Below are positions 19,909-28,281 of a stretch of 64,000 nt of DNA, piece after piece; the first letter of the stretch is position 1; each line of letters starts with the position of its first letter. The translations under genes and the position numbers were made by a program. Below the pieces are notes generated by a model. That model was not told the origin of the DNA. It did no database searches and saw only the letters and a list, made by a program, of their open reading frames with translations. The DNA is from Candidatus Rokuibacteriota bacterium. GTDB taxonomy: Bacteria; Methylomirabilota; Methylomirabilia; Rokubacteriales; CSP1-6. The DNA lies in assembly GCA_016188005.1 (NCBI GenBank), contig JACPIQ010000008.1:128484-192483 (forward strand), read 5' to 3'.

Positions 19909-21744
19909 GTGACCCTGCGGGAGAAGATCGATCAGGCCCCGGACCGGCCGGGCGTGTACCTCTACAAGGACGCGAAGGGGCAGATGGTCTACGTGGGCAA
20001 GGCCGCCTCCCTGCGCAGCCGCGTGCGCTCCTACTTTCAGGAGTCGCGGGCGCGGGATCCCAAGACGGACGCCCTCGTGGCGCAGATTCGCGACGTGGAG
20101 TACATCGTCACGGCCAACGAGCTGGAAGCGCTGATCCTGGAGTCCAACCTCGTCAAGAAGCACCGGCCCCGCTACAACATCATCCTTCGGGACGACAAGC
20201 ACTACCCCTTCCTCAAGCTCACCACCGGTGAGGAGTTCCCGCGGCTCGTGGTGGCCCGCCGAGTGCAGAAGGACGGCTCCGCCTACTACGGCCCCTTCTA
20301 CCCCGCCACGGCCATGCGGGAGACGCTGCGCCTGGTGCGCCAGCTCTTCCCGCTGCGCACGTGCCGGATCAACATCGACGGCCAGCTGCCGCGGCCGTGC
20401 ATCCAGTACTTCATCCACCGGTGCCAGGCGCCGTGCACGGGACTGGAGACGCGGGAGGGGTACAGGCGGACCGTGGACGCCGTGCAGCGCTTCCTCGAGG
20501 GGAAGGACGAGGAGCTGGCCAGGGAGCTGACGCGCGAGATGGAAGCCGCCGCCGCGGCGACCAGGTTCGAGCAAGCCGCCGTCCTGCGCGATCGAATCCA
20601 GGCGCTCAACACGGTGCGGGAGCGCCAGAAGATCATCTCGACGGAAGACACGGAACAGGACATCGTGGGGGTGGTGCGCCAGGGATCGGAGGCGTGCGTC
20701 CAGATCTTCTTCGTGCGCAAGGGGCGGCTCCTGGGACGAGAGTCGTTCTTCTTCGACCGGGTCTCGGGCTGGGCGGACGGCGACATCCTGTCGGCCTTCG
20801 TGCAGCAGTTCTACGCCCGTCAGGTCATGCCCCCGCCCGAGATCCTGCTCTCGGCGGAGCTGTCCGACGCCGACTTGACCGCGGCCTGGCTCTGTCAGAG
20901 CCGGGGCGGGCGGGTGGAGCTGGTGACGCCGCAGCGGGGCCGCCGGCGTGAGCTGGTCGCCATGGCCGAGGAGAATGCGGCGCTGGCGCTGCGGACCCAC
21001 CTCCTGTCCCGGGGGAACCGCGGGCAGGCGGTGCTGGAGGAACTCGAGCGCGCCCTCGGCCTGCCGGGGCCGCCCCATCGCATCGAGGCCTTCGACATCT
21101 CGACCATCCAGGGCAGCGAGACGGTGGCGGCGATGGTCGTCTGGCAGAGCGGGGACATGAAGAGGGACGAGTACAAGCGGTACAAGATCCGCAGCGTGAC
21201 CGGCGCCGACGACTTCGCGTCGATGCGCGAGGTGCTGACGCGGCGCTATGCGAAGGCGCTGGAAACCGAGGCCCCGTTGCCGGACCTGATCCTCCTCGAC
21301 GGGGGCCGCGGACAGCTGGGGGTGGGCAGCAAGGTCCTCGAGGACCTGGGCCTCGACTACCTGGCCATCGCGGCCCTGGCCAAGCGGGCCGAGGAAGTGT
21401 ACGTCCCGGACCGGCTGGCCCCGCTCGTGCTCGACCTGGGATCGCCGGCGCTCCAGACGCTCCAGAAGATCCGGGATGAGGCGCACCGTTTCGCCATCAC
21501 CTATCACAAGACGCTGCGTCGCCGGCGCACCATCAGCTCCGAGCTGGACCGGATCCCAGGGGTGGGGCCCAGGCTCAGGACCAACCTGCTGCGGAGCCTG
21601 GGCTCGGCCCGCGGGGTGCGCGCGGCGTCCGTGGCCGAGCTGGCGGCGGTGCCCGGAATCACGCCGAGGCTGGCGCAGCGCATCCACGATTTCTTCCGGC
21701 GGACGCCGGAGGCCCGGGAACCGCCGGGGGGCCCTGGCAGTTAG
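19909..21744 (+). CDS. uvrC: Excinuclease ABC subunit C
   Basis: GIY-YIG (PGVYLY, YVGKA), Cys cluster, IEAFDIS, LLDGGRGQ, RDEAHRFA, HhH. Confidence 0.96.
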   Translation: MTLREKIDQAPDRPGVYLYKDAKGQMVYVGKAASLRSRVRSYFQESRARDPKTDALVAQIRDVEYIVTANELEALILESNLVKKHRPRYNIILRDDKHYPFLKLTTGEEFPRLVVARRVQKDGSAYYGPFYPATAMRETLRLVRQLFPLRTCRINIDGQLPRPCIQYFIHRCQAPCTGLETREGYRRTVDAVQRFLEGKDEELARELTREMEAAAAATRFEQAAVLRDRIQALNTVRERQKIISTEDTEQDIVGVVRQGSEACVQIFFVRKGRLLGRESFFFDRVSGWADGDILSAFVQQFYARQVMPPPEILLSAELSDADLTAAWLCQSRGGRVELVTPQRGRRRELVAMAEENAALALRTHLLSRGNRGQAVLEELERALGLPGPPHRIEAFDISTIQGSETVAAMVVWQSGDMKRDEYKRYKIRSVTGADDFASMREVLTRRYAKALETEAPLPDLILLDGGRGQLGVGSKVLEDLGLDYLAIAALAKRAEEVYVPDRLAPLVLDLGSPALQTLQKIRDEAHRFAITYHKTLRRRRTISSELDRIPGVGPRLRTNLLRSLGSARGVRAASVAELAAVPGITPRLAQRIHDFFRRTPEAREPPGGPGS

Positions 21745-21780
21745 ACCCGTCAGATCCACGCCGAAAGGAGGTGACGCTGC

Positions 21781-22029
21781 ATGACGAAGCTGCTCATGGC
21801 TCTCGCGATGGTCGCTGTGATGGCGGGGCCGGCGCTGGCGTTCCAGTGCCCCTTGCTGATCAAGCAGATCGAGGACGCGACGGCGGGCAAGAGCGACGCC
21901 GACTCCGCCAAGGCGAAGGCGCTCGTGGCCGAGGCCAAGACGCTGCACGGCGCCGGCAAGCACGCCGAGTCCGTCGCCAAGGCCGAGGAAGCGGCCCAGG
22001 CGATCAAGCTCACCCTCAAGAAGAAGTAG
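21781..22029 (+). CDS. Small secreted protein with CP and HxxGxH motifs
   Basis: Strong AAGGAGG RBS and a signal peptide ending ALA. Followed by a hairpin. Confidence 0.8.
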   Translation: MTKLLMALAMVAVMAGPALAFQCPLLIKQIEDATAGKSDADSAKAKALVAEAKTLHGAGKHAESVAKAEEAAQAIKLTLKKK

Positions 22030-22043
22030 CCGGTGCGCTCTCC

Positions 22044-22083
22044 CCCCGGGGGCCCCGCGCGGGTCCCCGGGGAGCCGTTTCTT
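22044..22083 (+). terminator. Putative intrinsic terminator
   Basis: 12-bp stem CCCCGGGGGCCC/GGGTCCCCGGGG, followed shortly by TTTCTT. Confidence 0.5.
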
Positions 22084-22121
22084 GCGTCCTCCTGCTGAGT
22101 GTGCTTAACATCAGCGCTGAC

Positions 22122-24620
22122 ATGTCCACCGACGATCGTTCCGAGCGCTACCCGTTCGCCGAGATCGAGGCCAAGTGGCAGCGGGTGTGGGAGGAGTCCA
22201 AGCAGTTCAAGGCCACCGAGGAGCCGGACCGGCCGAAGTTCTACTGCCTCGAGATGTTTCCGTACCCCTCCGGCCGCATCCACATGGGCCATGTCCGGGT
22301 CTACGCCATCGGCGACCTGCTGGCCCGCTACAAGTGGATGCGCGGGTTCAACGTGCTGCACCCCATGGGCTGGGACGCCTTCGGGCTGCCCGCCGAGAAT
22401 GCCGCCATCGACAACGGCGTGCAGCCCGCCGTGTGGACGTACGAGAACATCGCCAACATGCGCAGCCAGCTCCGCCGCATGGGTATCTCGTACGACTGGG
22501 ACCGGGAGCTGTGCACCTGCGATCCCGCGTACTACCGCTGGGAGCAGCTCGTCTTCCTCCGCATGCTCGACCGGGGGCTCGCGTACAAGAAGCGCTCCAC
22601 CGTGAACTGGTGCCCGGCATGCCAGACGATCCTGGCCAACGAGCAGGTGGAGGCCGGGCGCTGCTGGCGCTGCGACTCGGAGGTGGCGACGAAGGAGATC
22701 GAGGGGTGGTTCTTCAAGATCACCGCCTATGCCGAGGAGCTCCTGGCCTGGTGCGACCGACTGCCCGGGTGGCCGGAACGGGTCATGACGATGCAGCGCA
22801 ACTGGATCGGTCGGAGCGAGGGCGCCGAGTTCGACCTCCCCGTCGCCGGCCGCGACGGTCTCAAGATCCGCATCTTCACCACGCGCCCGGACACCTCCTT
22901 CGGGATGACGTACGCCGTCCTGGCCCCGGAGCACCCGCTGGTGGAGGCGCTCGCCACCAGTGACACCGAGCTCGCGCGAATCCGGGCCTTCAGGCAGGAC
23001 GTGGCGCGCGAGTCGGAGATCGAGCGGCTGGCCGCGGATCGGCCCAAGCGGGGCCTCAGGCTGACATGCAGGGCGGTGAACCCGTTCACCGGCCAGGAGA
23101 TCCCGCTGTTCCTGGCCGACTACGTCCTCATGGGGTACGGGACCGGCGCCATCATGGCCGTGCCGGGCGAGGACCAGCGGGACTGGGACTTCGCCAAGCA
23201 GCACGGGCTGCCCATCATCCCGACGGTGGCCCGGCCGGATGGCTGGGAGGAGACCCAGGCCTACACCGGCGACGGCGTGAAGATCAACTCGGGCTTCCTC
23301 GACGGGCTCGGCATCGCCGGGGCCAAGCGACGGGCCATCGACTGGCTCGTGGAGCACGGGCTGGGCGAGGCCAGGGTGAATTACCGGCTCCGGGACTGGG
23401 GGATCAGCCGCCAGCGTTACTGGGGCGCGCCCATCCCGGTCCTGCACTGCGCCTCCTGCGGCATGGTCCCCGAGCGCGAGGACCGGCTGCCCGTGGTCCT
23501 GCCGGAGGACGTCCAGATCAGCGGCAAGGGGGGCTCGCCGCTGGCGGAGGTGGCCAGCTTCGTCAACGCCAGCTGCCCCCGCTGCGGCGGCCCGGCCCGG
23601 CGCGAGACGGACACGATGGACACCTTCGTGGAGTCCTCCTGGTACTTCCTGCGCTACTGCTCGCCGCGGTACGCGGAGGGGATGTTCGATCCGAAGGCCG
23701 CGGCATACTGGATGCCCGTGGACCAGTACATCGGCGGCATCGAGCACGCCGTCCTGCATCTGCTCTACGCTCGCTTCTACACGAAGGTGCTGCGGGACCT
23801 GGGCCTCACGACGGCAGACGAGCCGTTCTCGGCGCTGCTCTCCCAGGGCATGGTCATCAAGGACGGGGCCAAGATGTCGAAGTCGAAGGGCAACGTGGTG
23901 GACCCGGACGAGCTGATCCGGCGCTACGGCGCGGACACCGCGCGGCTCTTCTCGCTCTTCGCCGCGCCGCCGGAGAAGGACCTCGACTGGAACGACCGCG
24001 GCGTGGAGGGGGCCTCCCGCTTCCTCAGGCGGCTCTGGCGCTTCGTCCACGCGCACGCGGAGGAGCTGCGCGCGGCCGCTCCGGCGCGCGGGGCGGGGCG
24101 GTCAGGCGCGGGACGCCTCTTCCGCCGCACCATCCACGAGACCATCCAGCGCGTCACCCAGGACATCGAGAAGGACTTCCACTTCAACACGGCCATCAGC
24201 GCCATCATGGAGTTGGTGAACGCTCTCGGCGACTTCGAACGTGAGTCCATGGACACGGTGAGCCGCGAGGAGCGCCAGGCGCTGCTCCGCGAGGCCGTGG
24301 AGACCACGCTCCAGCTCCTGGGGCCCGTGTGTCCCCACATCAGCGAGGAGCTATGGGCGACGCTGGCCCACTCCGGGAGCCTCTTCAAGCAGGCGTGGCC
24401 CACCGCAGAGGTGGCGGCGCTCAGGCGCGAGGAGGTGGAGATCGTCGTCCAGGTGGACGGCCGGGTGCGCGGCCGCGTCACGGTGGACGTCTCGGCGCCC
24501 GAGCAGGAGGTGCAGGACCGGGCGCTGGCCGACGCGAAGGTGCGCCCGTGGCTCGACGGTCGCCAGGTCGCCAAGGTCGTGGTGGTCCCGGGGCGCCTCG
24601 TGAACGTCGTGACGCGCTGA
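22122..24620 (+). CDS. leuS: Leucine--tRNA ligase
   Basis: MFPYPSGRIHMGH, FTTRPDT, DWGISRQRYWG, KMSKS. Confidence 0.97.
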   Translation: MSTDDRSERYPFAEIEAKWQRVWEESKQFKATEEPDRPKFYCLEMFPYPSGRIHMGHVRVYAIGDLLARYKWMRGFNVLHPMGWDAFGLPAENAAIDNGVQPAVWTYENIANMRSQLRRMGISYDWDRELCTCDPAYYRWEQLVFLRMLDRGLAYKKRSTVNWCPACQTILANEQVEAGRCWRCDSEVATKEIEGWFFKITAYAEELLAWCDRLPGWPERVMTMQRNWIGRSEGAEFDLPVAGRDGLKIRIFTTRPDTSFGMTYAVLAPEHPLVEALATSDTELARIRAFRQDVARESEIERLAADRPKRGLRLTCRAVNPFTGQEIPLFLADYVLMGYGTGAIMAVPGEDQRDWDFAKQHGLPIIPTVARPDGWEETQAYTGDGVKINSGFLDGLGIAGAKRRAIDWLVEHGLGEARVNYRLRDWGISRQRYWGAPIPVLHCASCGMVPEREDRLPVVLPEDVQISGKGGSPLAEVASFVNASCPRCGGPARRETDTMDTFVESSWYFLRYCSPRYAEGMFDPKAAAYWMPVDQYIGGIEHAVLHLLYARFYTKVLRDLGLTTADEPFSALLSQGMVIKDGAKMSKSKGNVVDPDELIRRYGADTARLFSLFAAPPEKDLDWNDRGVEGASRFLRRLWRFVHAHAEELRAAAPARGAGRSGAGRLFRRTIHETIQRVTQDIEKDFHFNTAISAIMELVNALGDFERESMDTVSREERQALLREAVETTLQLLGPVCPHISEELWATLAHSGSLFKQAWPTAEVAALRREEVEIVVQVDGRVRGRVTVDVSAPEQEVQDRALADAKVRPWLDGRQVAKVVVVPGRLVNVVTR

Positions 24621-25159
24621 TGCCCCGGCCGCCGCGACGGCCCGCCGGGCGTGACCCCTGGCTGTCCGTGGGGGGAGCCCTCCTCGTGGGCCTCCTCCTG
24701 GGCGGCTGCGGCTACAGCCTCCGCGGGAACCTGCCGCCCCACATCAAGACGGTTGCCGTCCCCACCTTTCAGAACGCGACGCAGGAGCCGGCGGTGGAGA
24801 ACACGGTGACGGCGGCCGTGGTGGGCGCCTTCGCGAGCAGCGGCAAGCTCAGGGTCGTCGCGCCGGAGGAGGCGGATGCGATCCTGGAAGGGGAGATCGT
24901 CGGCTACGAGATCCAGTCCATCGCCGTCGACCGGACGCTCAACGTACGCGAGTACCGGCTGCTGGTGACGCTCAACATCAGGTTCCGGGACGTCCGGAGG
25001 GGCGAGATGCTCTGGCGCCAGGAGGGGCTACAGGAGAAGGCCGACTTTCGCGTCCCGGGACAGGTGTCCGCGACGATCAGCCGCGAGGAGGCCGCCGTCC
25101 GGGAGGCGGCCGTGGACATCGGCCGGAAGATCGTGAACCTGGTGGTGGACCGCTTCTAG
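24620..25159 (+). CDS. lptE: LPS assembly lipoprotein LptE
   Basis: Lipobox LLGGC-GY and the conserved leuS-lptE-holA order. TGATG overlap with leuS. Confidence 0.85.
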   Translation: MPRPPRRPAGRDPWLSVGGALLVGLLLGGCGYSLRGNLPPHIKTVAVPTFQNATQEPAVENTVTAAVVGAFASSGKLRVVAPEEADAILEGEIVGYEIQSIAVDRTLNVREYRLLVTLNIRFRDVRRGEMLWRQEGLQEKADFRVPGQVSATISREEAAVREAAVDIGRKIVNLVVDRF

Positions 25160-26154
25160 TGGACTACGCGGGGTTCATGCGGGCCGCGGGATCGGGGCGC
25201 ACGCCGCCCGTGGTGCTGCTGCACGGCCCCGAGCCGCTCCTGCTGGAAGATGCCGTCGCCGCCGTCACCCGCGCGCTCTTCCCCGACCCGTCGCTGGCGG
25301 CCCTGTCCCGGGAGGTGCTCGAGGTACGGGAGGCCGGGGTCCACGAGATCCTCCGCTCAGCGCTCACCCTGCCCTGCCTCACGCCCTCACGGCTCGTCGT
25401 CGCGCGCGGGGCCGATGGCCTGCCTGCCAAGCAGGCGGAGCCGCTCGCCGCATACTGCAAGGCGCCCAATCCTTCCACCGTGCTCCTCCTTGTCGCCGGG
25501 GAGACGCTCGCGCCGAGCCACTGGCTGCTCCGGCTATTGCCGGCCGCCGCGGTGGTGACGGCCCCCCGCCCTGCGGGTCACGCCGTGCTCACGTGGCTGC
25601 GCGGGCGCGCGAAGGCGGCCGGCTTCGAGTTGGAAGAGGAGGCGGCGGCCCTGCTGGTGGAGTTGACGGGTGAGGACCTCGCGGCGCTCGTGGGCGAGGT
25701 GGAGAAGGCCGCGCTGGCCGGCGGCCCTGACAACCGTCGCGTCGGCCCCGCCGAGGTGCGTGCCGTGGTGGGCGAGCACCGGCTGCGGAACGTCTTCGAG
25801 CTGACCGACGCGCTGGCGGCTCGCGACCTCGCGCGTGCCCTTGGCGTCCTCGCCTCGCTTCTCCAGGCCGGCGAGGAGCCGCTGGCCGTGCTCGCGATGC
25901 TCGCGCGAGAAGCCCGCGCCGCCTGGCAGGCGCAGCAGTGGCTCCGCGCCGGGCGCAGCCCTGACGAGGTCGTCCGGGCGCTCCACCGGCCTCAGGCGGC
26001 AGGCGCGGCCCTCGTGCGGCTGGCCGGCGCGCTGCCGCCGCGGGCGGGCAGCCGCCGCCTGGCGCGCTGCTGGGACGTCGAGCGCCGGCTGAAGCTCGGC
26101 GCGCCGGCCCGTCCCGAGTTGTCGCTCCTCCTCGCGGATCTGTGCGCGGCCTAG
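25159..26154 (+). CDS. holA: DNA polymerase III delta subunit
   Basis: LLHGPEPLLL, GEVEKA, VFELTDAL, and synteny. Confidence 0.88.
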   Translation: MDYAGFMRAAGSGRTPPVVLLHGPEPLLLEDAVAAVTRALFPDPSLAALSREVLEVREAGVHEILRSALTLPCLTPSRLVVARGADGLPAKQAEPLAAYCKAPNPSTVLLLVAGETLAPSHWLLRLLPAAAVVTAPRPAGHAVLTWLRGRAKAAGFELEEEAAALLVELTGEDLAALVGEVEKAALAGGPDNRRVGPAEVRAVVGEHRLRNVFELTDALAARDLARALGVLASLLQAGEEPLAVLAMLAREARAAWQAQQWLRAGRSPDEVVRALHRPQAAGAALVRLAGALPPRAGSRRLARCWDVERRLKLGAPARPELSLLLADLCAA

Positions 26155-27527
26155 CCTGCGAGCTGCACGAACTCGCGCGGGACGCCGGGCGAGCCGCCGG
26201 GGGCTGGTCCGGACTCGCCGTCGTCCTCATGGCGCTGTGTGCCACCGCTCCGGCGGCCGCCGAGCTGACGGCCGGGGCGGCGTCCGTGGAGGTGGCGCTG
26301 CCCGGCGGGACGCCGCTCGCGGGATATGGCGGCTTCCCTCGCCGCGCCTGGATACCGGACATGCTCGACCGCCGCCCCCACGCGTTCTGGCTCAAGCCTT
26401 CCGAGGGGGTCCACGACCCGTTCGTGGTGCGCGCGCTCGAGCTCGAGTCCGGGGACACACGGGTGCTCTGGCTGGCCGTGGACCTGGTCGGCATCGACCC
26501 GAGCCTGGTGGACGAGCTCGGTCAGCGCCTGGCCCGGGCAGGGCAGGGCCCCTCGGCCCTCATCGTGTCCGCCTCGCACACGCACTCGGGACCCGGCGCC
26601 TTCGGCCACTCGGCGCTCTTCGGCTTCCTGGCCATCGATCGTCCGTCGCCCGGGGTGAGAGCGCGCATCCTCGACGGGCTGGTCCGGGCGGCCCACGAGG
26701 CGCATGCGCGGCGGGCGCCGGCGCTGGTGGGCGGGGGACGAGTGCAGGTGACCGGCGTTGCGAAGAGCCGCTTGCGGGCGCCGCTGGATCCCGAGCTCGG
26801 CGTTCTCAAGGTCCTGTCGCGGGAGGGCCGGCCGGTAGCGCTGCTCTGGAACTACGCCGTGCACGGCACGGCCCTGGGGAGGGACAATCTCTTGCTCTCG
26901 GGCGATCTCATGGCCGAGGCCTCGGCACGGATCGAGCGTGCGCTCGAGGCCCCAGCGCTCTTCGTCAATGGCGCCGTGGGGGACGTGAGCCCGGCGCGGC
27001 GGGGCCGGGCAGGCGCCCGAAGCCTGGGCGAGGCCCTCGCCGGAGGAGCGCTCGATGCCTGGGGGCGGATCAAGGTGGAGCCCGGCGCGCGCCTGGCGGC
27101 CATGACCGAGCGCATTGGTCTGGGCGCTCCCGCGCTGCGTGTGAGGAATTGCGTCGGACGGTGGGTACCGCGGTGGTTCAGCCTCGGGCTGGGCCGGGCG
27201 CTGCCCCGCTCGTCAGAGATGGTGGCGGTGGCGGTGGGGCGCACGGCCTGGGTCACGATCCCCGGCGAGCTGGAGACGCGGCTCGGACTGGCGCTCAAGG
27301 CGGCGGTCCCCCGGCCGCTGGAGCAGGTCTTCGTGGCCGGAGTGTCCAACGACTACCTGGGATACTTCCTCACGGCCGAAGCCTACGATCGGCCGGGCTA
27401 CATCGCGTGCGCCAGCCTCTACGGCGAGAGCGGCGGGGAAACGATGCGCGCTGCGGCGGCGGCCCTCCTCACACGCCTCGCCGCCACCCTCCCCCCCGAT
27501 CCCCCCGCTGCATCGGCGCCCCGATGA
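26142..27527 (+). CDS. Neutral/alkaline ceramidase-like secreted hydrolase
   Basis: PLAGYG, GVHDP..VRAL, SASHTHSGPG, NYAVHGT, NGAVGDVSP, PGE, NDYLGY. Start uncertain. Confidence 0.78.
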   Translation: MRGLACELHELARDAGRAAGGWSGLAVVLMALCATAPAAAELTAGAASVEVALPGGTPLAGYGGFPRRAWIPDMLDRRPHAFWLKPSEGVHDPFVVRALELESGDTRVLWLAVDLVGIDPSLVDELGQRLARAGQGPSALIVSASHTHSGPGAFGHSALFGFLAIDRPSPGVRARILDGLVRAAHEAHARRAPALVGGGRVQVTGVAKSRLRAPLDPELGVLKVLSREGRPVALLWNYAVHGTALGRDNLLLSGDLMAEASARIERALEAPALFVNGAVGDVSPARRGRAGARSLGEALAGGALDAWGRIKVEPGARLAAMTERIGLGAPALRVRNCVGRWVPRWFSLGLGRALPRSSEMVAVAVGRTAWVTIPGELETRLGLALKAAVPRPLEQVFVAGVSNDYLGYFLTAEAYDRPGYIACASLYGESGGETMRAAAAALLTRLAATLPPDPPAASAPR

Positions 27528-27896
27528 GCCCGTCAGGGCGAAGAGGCCGAACCGCAGCCCGAAGTCATCCCCATTCAGGCGCCCCGATGAGCCCGTCAGG
27601 GCGAAGAGGCCGAACCGCAGCCCGAAGTCATCCACATTCAGGCGCCCCGATGAGCCCGTCAGGGCGAAGAGGCCGAACCGCAGCCCGAAGTCATCCACAT
27701 TCAGGCGTCCCGATGAGCCCGTCAGGGCGAAGAGGCCAAATCGCAGCCCGAGGTCATCCCCATTCAGGCGTCCCGATGAGCCCGTCAGGGCGAAGAGGCC
27801 GAACCGCAGCCCGAGGTCATCCCCATTCAGGCGTCCCGGTGACCCCGTCAGGGCGAAGAGGCCGAACCGCAGCCCGAAGTCATCCCCATTCAGGCG
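27515..27896. repeat. Tandem array of six 63-bp structured (REP-like) repeats
   Basis: Unit GGCGCCCCGATGAGCCCGTCAGGGCGAAGAGGCCGAACCGCAGCCCGAAGTCATCCCCATTCA starts at 27515, 27578, 27641, 27704, 27767 and 27830, with only a few substitutions and no unique spacers. Confidence 0.97.
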
Positions 27897-27925
27897 TGAA
27901 GAAGAAGCCCGTGCGACCTGCCCGG

Positions 27926-28186
27926 CTACTTGACGCGGTGAAGGCTGCGGGCGAGGGCGGACTTCTTGCGAGCGGCGGTGTTCCTGTGCAGCACGCCCTG
28001 GGTGACGGCCTTGTCCAGCGTGCGGAGGGCTTCGCGGACTGCCGCCGGGGCATCCGCCGGCTGGGTCTCTACCGCGGTCGAGGCGCTCTTGAGCACCGAC
28101 CGGATCTTGCTGCGCGCCGCGCGGTTACGCTGCCGGCGCTTCTCGTTCTGCCTCGTCCGCTTGACGGCGGATCGCGTGTTGGCCAC
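27926..28186 (-). CDS. rpsT: 30S ribosomal protein S20
   Basis: MANTRSAVKR..RNRAARS..LDKA...GVLHRNTAARKKS. GAGGAG RBS before GTG. Confidence 0.96.
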   Translation of the reverse strand: MANTRSAVKRTRQNEKRRQRNRAARSKIRSVLKSASTAVETQPADAPAAVREALRTLDKAVTQGVLHRNTAARKKSALARSLHRVK

Positions 28187-28239
28187 GGGAGCACTCCTCA
28201 CTGGGTGTTGGCGTCGATGTGGGCTGCGGGCAAGGCCTG

Positions 28240-28268
28240 ACGTTACCGTCGGGGCACAAGCGTGTCAA
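28240..28268 (-). promoter_or_regulatory. sigma70 promoter of rpsT
   Basis: Minus strand TTGACA-N17-TAACGT. Confidence 0.65.
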
Positions 28269-28281
28269 GGAGTTTGTCCTC

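Noticed and set aside
23150-23190. LeuRS editing motif AVPGEDQRD instead of AVPAHDQRD
   Set aside because: The key Asp residues are retained and this position varies among bacterial LeuRS.
27515-27896. CRISPR array interpretation of the tandem repeats (also 57849-58043)
   Set aside because: Units are near-identical over their whole length, there are no unique spacers, and no cas genes are in the window.
26237-28240. ORF encoding a 21-aa repeat (MSPSGRRGRTAARSHPHSGAP), and similar ORFs 27213..27698, 57607..57909 and 57915..58247
   Set aside because: By-products of repeat periods divisible by three in GC-rich DNA. They overlap real genes out of frame or antisense.
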